64,000 bases of DNA from an uncultured Gammaproteobacteria bacterium (GCA_964592105.1 CAZQBL010000007.1:58013-122012); one strand, 5' to 3'; counted from the first letter of the stretch, positions 1 through 11,916 are shown. Translations and numbers: made by a program. Notes: generated by a model from the sequence alone, not told the origin.

Positions 1-96
1 AATGCGCTCTGTCGGTCAGTCCAATGGAGCTGCATATTCACCAACCGTCGTATTCGTATTCGTGACCAGCAACACATTAACATCTTGATTGTAAGA

Positions 97-240
97 TTAA
101 GTGATGTTGACAATATTCTGATTACTTGACTGAAGGTTGTTTATGGCTGGCTTAGTATTGTTTTGAATATCGCAACCAGTCAGAAAAATAGCACAAATTA
201 TTATACTTATAAAAAACCAAACTTTATTCATTGATTTCAT
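97..240 (-). CDS. small lipoprotein (48 aa), signal peptide with LTGC lipobox
   Basis: ORF MKSMNKVWFFISIIICAIFLTGCDIQ...; hydrophobic N-terminus followed by a L-T-G-C lipobox. The start was chosen at the internal Met at 240 rather than the track start at 300. Confidence 0.4.
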   Translation of the reverse strand: MKSMNKVWFFISIIICAIFLTGCDIQNNTKPAINNLQSSNQNIVNIT

Positions 241-537
241 TGTACCTTTTGACTGAATAAAAATCCACCCCCTTGTACAGTTAGCACCATAAGGTGACAA
301 AATTAACTAATAACCTTTTTGTACCCCTACGCACACACCGGCTAAGGCTGATGGTTTTTCTTGTAATAAAAAAGGGGGGGGCAGGGAAGATTTTTCAAAT
401 GCTAATCTTGTTCTAATCTACGGTTAGCAATTTGGTCATTGCTTTAACAAAATTATCTACATACTATATGCCTTAAAAACAACACTAAATAATTCTGCCA
501 ATTTTTTCATAATTCATTATAAATTATGAATTACTAA

Positions 538-3500
538 CTAGCCCCGCCACCTATCCTCGCATATTTCCCTAAAATCACAACTCTGACACCAGAATCCCGG
601 CGTGGCTTTGAAATCGCTGGACCGGATATTTTTAATCGTGGTCAAAAGGCGTTCTTTGATTTCATTCAAATCATCTTCAGCCTCAAAAGACAATTTTTTA
701 TTGGCTTCCAAATAATAATAACTCAAAATCACCGGCTTCAAACCCAGTACTTCCCGTGCAGCAAGATTGTAAATTTGTAACTGCTCCTTATCGCCGGCTT
801 CCAGCTTGCCGCCTTTGGGCAGTTGGCCGGTTTTGTAATCGATAATTTCCACCTCATCTTTTTTGCCGCCCAGCGAATCGATACGGTCAATAACGCCTTT
901 GAATGGGAACTGCTCTAATTTAATCACGAACTCCCGCTCAAGAAACATGGGAACCGGAAAATGACCGTTGTGTGACTCGTAAAAAGTTTTTAGTATCTTC
1001 TTACCGTTGTCAAAATATTCCTCCATGTGCTCACGCGAAATATACCAGTCGTCTAACCACTCTGCTTTATAAATCTCCAGGAGTTCATCCAAGCTGGGAA
1101 CTGGTATTTTTTTCGTTTTGGCCGGCTGACCGAATAAATCAGTCTGCTGCTTAGCGCCACCATCTTGAACGCGTTTAAAAAATTGGTACAGCGTATTGTG
1201 CATTGATTTGCCGAAGCTGAAGGTATATCGGCCCTCAATTGGCACCCGCAGAATATGCGCGAACTTAAACTGTTTTGGACATGTTTCAAAAGCCTTTATC
1301 TGGGTGAAGCTCGCTCGCTTCGGTACACCTTTTTGCAGATACGAGACATTCTTATCGCTTTTGGGTGCAGGCTCCGGTGGGCGCAAGTGCTCGGTGGGAT
1401 CCAATTCCTCTGTACCTTCCTTGCGCACAAACCCGAGCTCTACTAAAAACCGCGATGGTTTCTTTTTCCTCATACCGCCATAATCATCGGCCGAAGTGAA
1501 AAACAAGCCGGACTTGGCCCGGGTCATGCCTACGTAGAAAAGCCGCCGCTCTTCCTGGAGATGAACGTCTCCTTCAGGAATAATTTCCTTGATCAGTGCC
1601 TCGGGCAACTCAATCGGATCGCGGCGTTCAATCGCGGGTACACGCTTATCCACTAAGTTCACTAAAAAAACATAAGAAAACTCCAAACCTTTAGCTCCGT
1701 GTATTGTCATTATTTTGACAGCTTCCGGACCTTCTTCCCAGGGCTGTGACATACTGCCTTCATCCCCGGCTTCGATGGTTTCATTTAATGCCGCTAAGAA
1801 ATTATGGACTGATTTATCATCTGTACCTGATTCAAACTCCTCTATTTTTCGAAAAAACTGCTTAAGATGTGCGATCTTTTCCAGGTTTTCCGGATTGTCG
1901 GCTTTGGTCAAATGTTTCAGGTAACCGGAGTCTTCCATAAAGCGCAGGGCAACGGGCAGGACGGATTTGGTCTTGGCTAGTTGGCTGTGGTTATGAATGA
2001 GCTTCAAAATTTTATCAATCTCTCCATTCATTTTTTCTGAAATGCCTTGAATTGTCCGGGCTTTCAACAATGTTTCGTATAACGAAATCCTTTTTCGGCT
2101 GGCATAATTGGACAAAATCATCAGTTCCTGCTCCGGCAGATTCCACTGCGGTAAATTCAACACCCGCCACATAGCCGCACTTTCGTGGTAATTATCCATC
2201 ATTTTTAAATACGCCAGGACATCCATGATCTCCGGCTGGACATATAATCCGGCTGAAGCGAAAAACTGATACGGTAGATCATAGCGCCTCAAAGCGCTCA
2301 TGAAATCATTAGCATAAGCATTTGCCCTGACCAGAATGGCAAAATCGCTCCACAATAATTTATTATTTTGCTTTTTGAGTTCGATAATTTTCTTAACCAC
2401 GCCGCTTGCCTCCTCGATGTGCGAGCGGAAATGCAGATGCTGAATCAAACCCTCCTCTTTTTTATTTGATTTAAGTTTTTTGCTAACTTTATTTTTTAAC
2501 GGCGCGCCTTTGGGGTCCACTGTGCCTTTTGACAGTTGATACTCCAGACGGTTTGGATCGTTTTGTTTTATAAAGGCATAAGACAAATCAAGAATATTTT
2601 GGGCATTGCGGTAATTATCGATCAATACGACCTCCTGCGAATCAGGGAAATCTTTCTTGAATTCCAGAATATTAGAGATGGCGGCCCCGCGAAACTTATA
2701 AATCGATTGATCGTCATCTCCGACCACGGTTAAATTATTCTGTGGAGCCGCTAATAATTTAATCAGTTCATATTGGGCATAATTCGTATCCTGGAATTCA
2801 TCAACTAAAATATATTGGAATTGCTGGTGGTATTTTTCCAGAATCTGCGGCCGCGTTTTAAACAATTTTAGGGTATACAAAATCAAATCGCCAAAGTCCA
2901 AGGCACAATTATCCAGCAATAACTGCTGATAGGTATGATAAGCATTGGCCACCTCCATGATCCGCTTGTCTTCGGAAATCTCGTCATCATTATAACTTTT
3001 TTTCTTGATGAATTTGTCGTCATCACGATCCAGTTGCAATTTCTTGGCGTAGGACAAATAATCGTAGGGGAGCACATTTTCATCTTTGGCTCGGGAAAAA
3101 TGCTTGACCAACGCTTGGACGAACTTGGTTGGGTTACCCAAAGGACGGTAATAATCCAGCTCAAAACTGTCCAGATGCTGCTGGACCAGCATGACCTGCG
3201 CTGTCTGATTTAACAGCTTAAAATCCGGAGCCAAACCGATGGCCAAAGCATTGTCTTTCAAAACCCGCTCACAAAAAGCGTGAAAAGTTGAAATCCACAA
3301 ATCGACATAACCATAAGGCAATAGTACATCAACGCGTTCTTCCATTTCCCCGGCCGCTTTGTCGGTAAAAGTCAAGGCCAAAATATTATCCGTGCCGATT
3401 TTTTTATCGATGATCAACCAGGCGATGCGCTGAGTAATTACTGTGGTTTTACCGGTACCAGCACCAGCCACGATTAAAAGCGGCCCTTCACCAAACTGAA

Positions 3501-3543
3501 CGGCTTTTTTTTGGGCTGGATTAAGATTATCCGCGATTCTCAT
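538..3543 (-). CDS. UvrD/PcrA-family ATP-dependent DNA helicase fused to a C-terminal Cas4-like PD-(D/E)XK nuclease domain (AddA-like)
   Basis: Walker A GAGTGKT near the N-terminus; UvrD helicase motifs (TFH, VDEFQDTN, GDDDQSIY). The C-terminus carries ETCPKQF, IIDYKTG (D-EVK-type nuclease motif) and a terminal CQSCDFREIC cysteine cluster. Confidence 0.8.
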   Translation of the reverse strand: MRIADNLNPAQKKAVQFGEGPLLIVAGAGTGKTTVITQRIAWLIIDKKIGTDNILALTFTDKAAGEMEERVDVLLPYGYVDLWISTFHAFCERVLKDNALAIGLAPDFKLLNQTAQVMLVQQHLDSFELDYYRPLGNPTKFVQALVKHFSRAKDENVLPYDYLSYAKKLQLDRDDDKFIKKKSYNDDEISEDKRIMEVANAYHTYQQLLLDNCALDFGDLILYTLKLFKTRPQILEKYHQQFQYILVDEFQDTNYAQYELIKLLAAPQNNLTVVGDDDQSIYKFRGAAISNILEFKKDFPDSQEVVLIDNYRNAQNILDLSYAFIKQNDPNRLEYQLSKGTVDPKGAPLKNKVSKKLKSNKKEEGLIQHLHFRSHIEEASGVVKKIIELKKQNNKLLWSDFAILVRANAYANDFMSALRRYDLPYQFFASAGLYVQPEIMDVLAYLKMMDNYHESAAMWRVLNLPQWNLPEQELMILSNYASRKRISLYETLLKARTIQGISEKMNGEIDKILKLIHNHSQLAKTKSVLPVALRFMEDSGYLKHLTKADNPENLEKIAHLKQFFRKIEEFESGTDDKSVHNFLAALNETIEAGDEGSMSQPWEEGPEAVKIMTIHGAKGLEFSYVFLVNLVDKRVPAIERRDPIELPEALIKEIIPEGDVHLQEERRLFYVGMTRAKSGLFFTSADDYGGMRKKKPSRFLVELGFVRKEGTEELDPTEHLRPPEPAPKSDKNVSYLQKGVPKRASFTQIKAFETCPKQFKFAHILRVPIEGRYTFSFGKSMHNTLYQFFKRVQDGGAKQQTDLFGQPAKTKKIPVPSLDELLEIYKAEWLDDWYISREHMEEYFDNGKKILKTFYESHNGHFPVPMFLEREFVIKLEQFPFKGVIDRIDSLGGKKDEVEIIDYKTGQLPKGGKLEAGDKEQLQIYNLAAREVLGLKPVILSYYYLEANKKLSFEAEDDLNEIKERLLTTIKNIRSSDFKATPGFWCQSCDFREICEDRWRG

Positions 3544-3567
3544 AAATATATAGTATCACACATTAAC

Positions 3568-3608
3568 CCAAAGAAAAAAGCACTAAAAACAAACTGTTTT
3601 AAGTGCTT
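3568..3608 (-). terminator. Rho-independent terminator after the 3639..4019 gene
   Basis: Minus strand reads AAGCACT-(17 nt loop)-AGTGCTT followed by TTTTTTCTTTG. Confidence 0.5.
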
Positions 3609-3638
3609 TATTTGAACTTTTTGCCATTTGACCAAGTA

Positions 3639-4019
3639 TCATTTCCTTGCAGATTCCCGCGACATTATCCGCTTGAGCCGTATTAACGGGACAGCAGTTG
3701 CGAGCAGATACAAAACAACAAGCGCACGCCATTTTACATCAGGTAGTGGTATCTTGACGATCATCCAGTCAACTATCATGATAAGGCAACCCACACTGCA
3801 TAGAATGAATACCCCCCAGACCAATAGTCGAATCCAGCGCAAAACATAAAAAGCCAACAACTCAACAACTGGTGTTAGCCAACCAATGATCAGTAACATT
3901 CCACTCAATGCGCACATTATCAGAAAAATGATAATTGTCATGACATCCTCCTTGATTGCCAATGAACTTTTATTACAGAATTCTATCATAAACCATGCGC
4001 CGGTAAAAAACCGCCACAC
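3639..4019 (-). CDS. small multi-pass membrane protein, unknown function
   Basis: 126-aa ORF, almost entirely hydrophobic helices. The true start may be the internal Met (MTIIIFLIM...). Confidence 0.4.
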   Translation of the reverse strand: MWRFFTGAWFMIEFCNKSSLAIKEDVMTIIIFLIMCALSGMLLIIGWLTPVVELLAFYVLRWIRLLVWGVFILCSVGCLIMIVDWMIVKIPLPDVKWRALVVLYLLATAVPLIRLKRIMSRESARK

Positions 4020-4063
4020 AAATTATGGCAACAACTTTACTATACAAAACATCAGGCAAACAA

Positions 4064-4402
4064 CTACACCCGAGTGGCAAACTTGACCTGATCACCCTCT
4101 ATCCAATACGCCTCAATCTCGTCGACATCGACCTTATTGCGTTTCACGACCTCTCGGGCCAACATCACGCACTCCCGGGGCACGATTAGAAAAAAACTGG
4201 CGTGCCATCGCTGGAATTTTTTCCACTCCTTGGCATTGCGGTCATTAATGGTATCGGCGGTTTCCACTTCTTCGATGATCACGGTCTGACCGAACTCTCC
4301 GTCCGGTTTCCAGACCACCAGATCGGGAAATATTCCATTGCCAATATTGTGGTTTTGGTGCCCGTCCGGATTGGTACTAACCAAATAGCCATTTTTTTCC
4401 AA
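4064..4402 (-). CDS. hypothetical protein (112 aa)
   Basis: Intact ORF; PDLVVW...IIEEVE segment faintly resembles a PD-(D/E)XK nuclease core. No confident family. Confidence 0.4.
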   Translation of the reverse strand: MEKNGYLVSTNPDGHQNHNIGNGIFPDLVVWKPDGEFGQTVIIEEVETADTINDRNAKEWKKFQRWHASFFLIVPRECVMLAREVVKRNKVDVDEIEAYWIEGDQVKFATRV

Positions 4403-4569
4403 CTCTCATACGTCAAAGCCGAGGCCATAATGACCTGGTCATGTTCTTCCTGGGTATATGGTACCGAATAGCCATAACACCATATAAAATAAGGAAATTA
4501 GTCGGTTGGCTAATCTGTTTATCCACAGGACTGTATAGGTTCACTATAGCGCGTTAAAATATTTACGCA

Positions 4570-4598
4570 AGAAAAAAGGGTTGACCATGGGTCAACCC
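4570..4598 (-). terminator. Rho-independent terminator (20-bp perfect palindrome GGGTTGACC-ATGG-GTCAACCC + T6)
   Basis: Minus strand reads GGGTTGACCCATGGTCAACCC followed by TTTTTTCTTGCG, 8 nt downstream of the 4606 stop. Confidence 0.6.
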
Positions 4599-4605
4599 GT
4601 AAAAA

Positions 4606-5100
4606 CTATAATAATGAAAGGCATTTATTCTTGATAACATAGGTGCGGCACCGTTTGTTATCATTTTTTTCGGGTGTCCAATCAACGTGAAAAAGTGGAA
4701 GGATAATTTCTTCTGGTAACTCAAGTAGTTGGGTCAGGTATGCATCGGCGGACAGTGTGTCAAAGATGACTTCTTGTGGCGAACGCCCTAACTCATATGC
4801 CATGCCACATGGATAATGGGAAAAAAGCGTAATCGCCTTTCCTTTACCTTTTTCCCATCCAAACTTGATACTGGCGATGAGTGACCTGCCGTCACGCTCG
4901 TGGAGTGGATGTTCTGGAGCGATAAGCTGAGCACCACCGTTTAAACTGGTCAGGTGTAGACGTGAAGTAAACTGCGCAATGTGGTTGAAGATGTCCTGAC
5001 TGTAATTTCCATCCGGACATATGGTCCCAATTAAACCATTGCTGGCTAATTCCCGCAACCGCGTCAATTTAATTTTTTGTAAACCGCCTTCAATTAGCAA
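4606..5100 (-). CDS. hypothetical protein (164 aa; frame open upstream to ~5172)
   Basis: ORF with a TTG start at 5100. The frame stays open 72 nt further upstream (NKKQSLKILHQGGIIVPYKK...) and an AAGGAGG sits at ~5133-5140, so the true start is uncertain. No recognised family. Confidence 0.4.
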   Translation of the reverse strand: MLIEGGLQKIKLTRLRELASNGLIGTICPDGNYSQDIFNHIAQFTSRLHLTSLNGGAQLIAPEHPLHERDGRSLIASIKFGWEKGKGKAITLFSHYPCGMAYELGRSPQEVIFDTLSADAYLTQLLELPEEIILPLFHVDWTPEKNDNKRCRTYVIKNKCLSLL

Positions 5101-5277
5101 TCTTTCTAAAAATTCCAGATCCTCTTTTTTGTAAGGAACGATAATCCCTCCTTGGTGTAAAATTTTCAGCGACTGTTTTTTATTTCATTATCTTACGATA
5201 TCACACTATAGCGTAATATACACAAAAAGTCAAGGTCTCTAAATATATACCTGCAAAATCAGCGAACCTTCGCTCAT

Positions 5278-5706
5278 TTATATAATTACTTCAAAATCGA
5301 TGCTGTTTTTGCCATCTTTTTCCTCAATTCGGGCTAATATATTTTTTATCTGTAATGTCGGAAATTTTTGGAAAATTATTTTTTTAGCCGCGGTCATATC
5401 AGCTATTTGCCTTTCACGTTCTGTTTGCATGGATGCAAATGCTTGGTGCCCGCCATAAGCACCGCAATCCATATGGTGAATAATTATCACTTCAGAGATG
5501 GCGTGCAACCGCTGTGAAATATCTATCTGTTTTAAAATCATTTCAGCACTGACTATGTCTTTTTCTACCAGCCCTTTCGTGACGCCCGCTAGACTGACCA
5601 AATCATATTGGTCTTTCAGTCCCTGCGAGACTAAAAAATCACGGATAGCCGAATGAAACCGAAAATCCATGCAGTTTATTACTAACGCTTTACACTTGTG
5701 TGACAT
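5278..5706 (-). CDS. beta-class carbonic anhydrase (Cab-type, ~140 aa)
   Basis: CMDFR (canonical CxDxR) at residues 12-16 and HHMDCGAYGG (HxxCG) at ~88-97. Length matches archaeal Cab-type beta-CA. Lies 9 nt downstream of atpC on the same strand. Confidence 0.55.
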   Translation of the reverse strand: MSHKCKALVINCMDFRFHSAIRDFLVSQGLKDQYDLVSLAGVTKGLVEKDIVSAEMILKQIDISQRLHAISEVIIIHHMDCGAYGGHQAFASMQTERERQIADMTAAKKIIFQKFPTLQIKNILARIEEKDGKNSIDFEVII

Positions 5707-5714
5707 AGGAATAT

Positions 5715-6152
5715 TTATTTGATTGAGTTAAGGCGCGGTTCACGACGGCGTCGGCGAGCGACTTTCAGTCGAGCCAATTCTTTTTCAATCTTGGCCGAAA
5801 TAGCCGCAAACTCTACAGAATCGGTACGTTTATCCTCCAACAATTTTTTGGCCTTTTGACGAGCCTCTTCGGCGCGACGTTCGTCAATCTCCTCTTCCCG
5901 CTCAGCAGTATCGGCCAAGACCACCACTTTATCGGGCCGGACCTGAATAAATCCGCCGGAAACCGCCATGTAAATAATTTCGCTCCCCTTTTTAATCCGA
6001 ATCTCACCCGGAACCAATACGGACACCAATGGAATGTGATGCGGCAAAATACCAATTTCCCCGTTTAAAGTCGGTAAAATTATTTCATGCACTTCGTCAG
6101 AAAAGACGACGCGTTCGGGAGTGGTAATCTCGAATTTTATTTTGTTGGCCAT
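5715..6152 (-). CDS. atpC: F1 ATP synthase epsilon subunit
   Basis: 145 aa; N-terminal beta-sandwich sequence and C-terminal charged helix; position after atpD. Confidence 0.85.
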   Translation of the reverse strand: MANKIKFEITTPERVVFSDEVHEIILPTLNGEIGILPHHIPLVSVLVPGEIRIKKGSEIIYMAVSGGFIQVRPDKVVVLADTAEREEEIDERRAEEARQKAKKLLEDKRTDSVEFAAISAKIEKELARLKVARRRRREPRLNSIK

Positions 6153-6326
6153 AATAATATCTAAGATTATTGAGCAGATATCGCCTACTATCGCTTATCG
6201 TCCTTTTTTCTGTTATCACGTATCCGCGACTTGGGGGAAAAAGCGATACTTAATCAAGATTGCTTCATCGGCCTCGCTTTATTCAGCTTCCTTATCAATG
6301 ACATATGTTTAAACAAGACAGCCAGG

Positions 6327-7727
<1,401 letters not shown>

Positions 7728-7812
7728 TTAGAATTGATAATTTATAATTTTGGCTAAAAATATTAGTGATGATAATTCGCAACCATTCGCAAATATTGAC
7801 GCGTATTCGTGT

Positions 7813-8724
7813 CTAACTGATCGCCGCTCTGCCTGCACTGATATCCGCCAATTCCGCCGTAATTGCCTGCTGCCGAGCTTGATTAAAACTCAAAGTCAGA
7901 TCTTCAATCATATCGGAAGCGGAGTCCGAAGCATTGCGCATAGCCATCATCCGGGCAGAATGTTCTGAAGCATTTGATTCCAGCAAGGCCTGAAAAATCT
8001 GCAACTCGATCAAACGATATAACATCTGGTCCAGTACCGCGTCCGGTGACGGCTCAAAAATATATTCAAAGTTTTCTGTTTCACGGGGTTCGGGATATTG
8101 ATCAATGGCAAACCCCAGTTCATCGTCCTGGCGATCCAAGGGCAGTAATTTTTTGACACGGGGTTTCTGGGAAATGGCCGAATAATAATCAGTATAGGCA
8201 ATGGATACTTTGTCATATATGCCTGACAGATATTGATCAATAACCATCTTAGCCAGCGGCGTCACCTCACTGATTCGCTCAGCCGTATCCAGCTTATCGA
8301 ACTCGGCCACGATATCATGGCCGTGCTTAAACATGACTTCCTTACCACGCTTACCCATCAGAAATATCTCGGCCTCAACATCGACATTCTCTTCCTTATG
8401 TCGGCGCATATAGGCCGCCACCGAATCGATGATTTCCCGGTTAAAGCCACCGCACAAACCGCGGTTAGACGCGATCAAAATCAAACCGACTCTTGAAACC
8501 TTTTTCTGCCGGCGCTGCAACAGCGGATGGTAGGCTGGATCGGTCCGGGCTGATAAATCCCTAACAATATCCCAGGCGGCAGTAGCATAAGCTCGAGTAG
8601 CCAAAACAGCCTTAACCGCCTTGCGCATTTTTGAGGCAGCCACCAGTTCCATCGCTTTGGTGATCTTCCGCGTATTGATTATGGACTTGATACGTCTTTT
8701 TATTTCCCTATTCGCTGCCGGCAT
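7813..8724 (-). CDS. atpG: F1 ATP synthase gamma subunit
   Basis: 303 aa; N- and C-terminal gamma coiled-coil helices (MPAANREIKRRIKS..., ...LTLSFNQARQQAITAELADI). Confidence 0.9.
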   Translation of the reverse strand: MPAANREIKRRIKSIINTRKITKAMELVAASKMRKAVKAVLATRAYATAAWDIVRDLSARTDPAYHPLLQRRQKKVSRVGLILIASNRGLCGGFNREIIDSVAAYMRRHKEENVDVEAEIFLMGKRGKEVMFKHGHDIVAEFDKLDTAERISEVTPLAKMVIDQYLSGIYDKVSIAYTDYYSAISQKPRVKKLLPLDRQDDELGFAIDQYPEPRETENFEYIFEPSPDAVLDQMLYRLIELQIFQALLESNASEHSARMMAMRNASDSASDMIEDLTLSFNQARQQAITAELADISAGRAAIS

Positions 8725-8758
8725 AATTTAATTACTGTTTACTAATAACGGCGGCTTA

Positions 8759-10270
8759 TTACTGATTACTAAACTTAGTCTTTTTAAACTCGGTGATGGC
8801 ACTTTTTAACTTTTCTTCAAGTGCAGAACTTAAATCTTTTTGCTCTAAAATTGCTTTCAAGACAGCCGCTTGATTCAGTTTCATGAATGCGTGGAATTCT
8901 GTTTCAAACTCTTTGATGCGTTCCACAGGGACATCGTCGAGAAAACCATTCACAGCGGCATACAAAATTGCTACTTGGTTTTCCACCGGCATCGGCTCAA
9001 ATTGTCCCTGTTTCAAAATTTCCGTCAATCGTTTGCCGCGCTCTAATTGCTTTCGGGTGGATTCATCAAGATCAGAACCGAATTGGGCAAAAGCGGCTAA
9101 CTCACGATATTGCGCCAAATCAAGACGCAATTTTCCGGCTACTTTTTTCATGGCTTTAGTCTGGGCCGCGGAACCGACACGGGACACAGACAAACCAACG
9201 TTCAAAGCGGGGCGAATACCCTGATAAAACAGATCTGATTCCAGATAAATTTGTCCGTCAGTGATAGAAATAACGTTCGTCGGGATGTATGCAGAGATGT
9301 CACCAGCTTGCGTTTCGATAATCGGCAAAGCAGTCAGTGATCCGCCACCATAATCTTCATTTAATTTTGCGGCGCGTTCCAATAATCTTGAGTGTAAATA
9401 AAAGACATCTCCCGGATATGCTTCTCTACCCGGCGGTCGGTGCAAGAGCAATGAGATTTCACGATAAGCCCAGGCATGTTTGGAAAGATCGTCATAAACA
9501 GCTAAAACATCTTTGCCTTGGTCCATAAAATATTCACCCATGGCACAACCAGAGTATGGGGCAATATATGAAAGTGAAGCCGGATCAGAGGCGCCAGCCA
9601 CCACGATAATCGTATGATCCATGGCTCCATGTTTTTCGAATTCCGCCACGATCTTGGCAATCTTGGATTCTTTCTGGCCAATAGCCACGTAAATACAAAT
9701 ACAATTTTTGCCTTTTTGATTGATAATGGTATCAAGGACTAGAGCGGTCTTGCCGGTCTGGCGGTCGCCGATAATCAATTCGCGCTGACCGCGGCCGATG
9801 GGAATCATTGAGTCAATGGCCTTGATGCCGGTTTGCAGCGGCGTAGTAACTGATTGGCGGGTGATGACGCGCGGGGCGATCTTCTCTACCGGATAAAACT
9901 TCTTCGTTTTGATCACACCTTTACCGTCAAGCGCTTCACCTAAAGGATTAACCACCCGGCCGATGAGTTCATCACCGACTGGCACTTCCAAAATTCGCCC
10001 GGTACTTTTGACCGTATCGCCTTCCCTAATGCCCTGGTAATCGCCCAAAATAATAGCACCAACGGAATCTTCATCCAAATTCAAAGCTACTCCATATTTT
10101 CCGCCGGGGAATTCAAGCATTTCCGAAGCCACGGCATCAGACAATCCAGAAATTCTGGCAATACCGTCACCGATCTCTTCAACCGTGCCGACTTTATCTT
10201 TTGACACCGCAGTTTTGAATTCAGTAATTTGTTTTTTTAATTCTTCGATAATGTAATCTCGATGTGACAT
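8759..10270 (-). CDS. atpA: F1 ATP synthase alpha subunit
   Basis: GDRQTGKT P-loop; alpha-subunit conserved blocks. Confidence 0.95.
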   Translation of the reverse strand: MSHRDYIIEELKKQITEFKTAVSKDKVGTVEEIGDGIARISGLSDAVASEMLEFPGGKYGVALNLDEDSVGAIILGDYQGIREGDTVKSTGRILEVPVGDELIGRVVNPLGEALDGKGVIKTKKFYPVEKIAPRVITRQSVTTPLQTGIKAIDSMIPIGRGQRELIIGDRQTGKTALVLDTIINQKGKNCICIYVAIGQKESKIAKIVAEFEKHGAMDHTIIVVAGASDPASLSYIAPYSGCAMGEYFMDQGKDVLAVYDDLSKHAWAYREISLLLHRPPGREAYPGDVFYLHSRLLERAAKLNEDYGGGSLTALPIIETQAGDISAYIPTNVISITDGQIYLESDLFYQGIRPALNVGLSVSRVGSAAQTKAMKKVAGKLRLDLAQYRELAAFAQFGSDLDESTRKQLERGKRLTEILKQGQFEPMPVENQVAILYAAVNGFLDDVPVERIKEFETEFHAFMKLNQAAVLKAILEQKDLSSALEEKLKSAITEFKKTKFSNQ

Positions 10271-10418
10271 AAGAATTAAGAATATTGTTAATAATTTTAG
10301 AGCATCGAATAATTCTGTGATCTCACCCTGAACGGAGTGAAGGGTCCTGACAGATAGTTATGAGAGCCTTCGCTTTACTCAGGACGAAAGCATTTCATCA
10401 TTATTCAACACTCTCAAT

Positions 10419-10820
10419 TTATGAACGCAATGCTTTGGCTAATAATTCGATGCGTTTTTTGATGCTACCATCAACAATAACATCGTCGTACTTCAGAATC
10501 AATCCACCAAGCAGGCTGGGATCAATTTCTTCATGTACTGTAATGTCACGATCCAATGTTTTTTTCAGCTGACTGACCACCATTTCTTTCAAACTAGCCG
10601 GCAGTTTCTGTGCCGAGCACAGCGTCACTTCTGCCTGCTTCTCCATGGTATTGGCATAAACCTCAAACGCCTTGATGATTTTATCCACTTTTTTCATATC
10701 TTGATTCCGAATTAGCAAGGCAATAAAAGACTTGATCAACGCCGGAATTTTATCTTTTTCAACGGTGTAGAGTAGCTGATATAAACTAATGGCGTATTTT
10801 TTGGGAGTAATCGAACGCAT
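10419..10820 (-). CDS. atpH: ATP synthase delta (OSCP) subunit, short form
   Basis: 133 aa; C-terminal OSCP-like region (GGLILKYDDVIVDGSIKKRIELL); position between atpF and atpA. Confidence 0.7.
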   Translation of the reverse strand: MRSITPKKYAISLYQLLYTVEKDKIPALIKSFIALLIRNQDMKKVDKIIKAFEVYANTMEKQAEVTLCSAQKLPASLKEMVVSQLKKTLDRDITVHEEIDPSLLGGLILKYDDVIVDGSIKKRIELLAKALRS

Positions 10821-10825
10821 GGATA

Positions 10826-11323
10826 TTATTTTGCCTGATTAATCGTTTCTTCTATTAATTTTTTATTGGCTGACTCGTCCAAATGTTTACCGATAATTTT
10901 CGAGCTGGCGAACACAACCAGATCGGCCACATCGCGTTTGGCTTCCTGAACCATCTTTTCTTTTTCCAATTGCATATCGGCTCTAGTCTTGGCGGCTATT
11001 TTTTCCATTTCTGTTCTGGTTTCGCGCAGTTTTTCCTCTTTCAGATTTTCCGATTCTTTGTATGCTTTTTCCATGATGATCTGAGCTTCTTTTTGCGCTT
11101 CAATTATCATTGCTTGCTTGGTTTTTTCCGCGTTATTTAATTTCTGCTCAATTTCTTTGGCATCTTTCAAACTTTTTTCAATATACTCGGTTCGCTTGTT
11201 CATCATCTTCATCAGTGGTTTTAAAGCAAAATACCACAATACTCCAGCCACAATGGCAAAATTAACCAATTGGGCGGCTAATAATTTCCAATCGATATGA
11301 AATGTTTTGACTAATTCATCCAT
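10826..11323 (-). CDS. atpF: ATP synthase Fo subunit b
   Basis: Single N-terminal TM helix followed by a long charged coiled coil (E/K/A-rich). Confidence 0.75.
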   Translation of the reverse strand: MDELVKTFHIDWKLLAAQLVNFAIVAGVLWYFALKPLMKMMNKRTEYIEKSLKDAKEIEQKLNNAEKTKQAMIIEAQKEAQIIMEKAYKESENLKEEKLRETRTEMEKIAAKTRADMQLEKEKMVQEAKRDVADLVVFASSKIIGKHLDESANKKLIEETINQAK

Positions 11324-11554
11324 AAAAATATAAATTAAACTCTAAATGCGAATTTCGCAATCCAAAACAAATTAAAAATACAAATGATCAAAATTAAAAG
11401 TGAAGAATAAAAATGGAATAGTTTTGAACATTAGGATTTGGAATTTAGATATTGTTTAGAATTTCGGATTTCGTACTTCGAATTTTTAAATAATATTTTA
11501 ATCTACTCGCGTCAGATGGCTTTTATGATCACAAACCATCTGAACGTAAAGAGA

Positions 11555-11794
<240 letters not shown>

Positions 11795-11916
11795 CTACTC
11801 GACATGTCTATTTTTAAATTTATTGTCGGTGCGTCTAAACCTAAGTTATTAATTTCTAATGTCTAAATTAGTCATGGAAATTTGGAATTTGATTAGAAAT
11901 TAGTATTTATTATAAA

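Noticed and set aside
510-535. AT-rich inverted repeat AATTCAT-N8-ATGAATT just after the helicase stop
   Set aside because: The stem is only 7 bp, all A/T, and neither strand has a following T-tract. It is unlikely to be a terminator, though it might be an operator.
972-1924. Plus-strand ORFs antisense to the helicase-nuclease gene
   Set aside because: They overlap a confidently conserved 1001-aa gene, have low-complexity sequence and no motifs.
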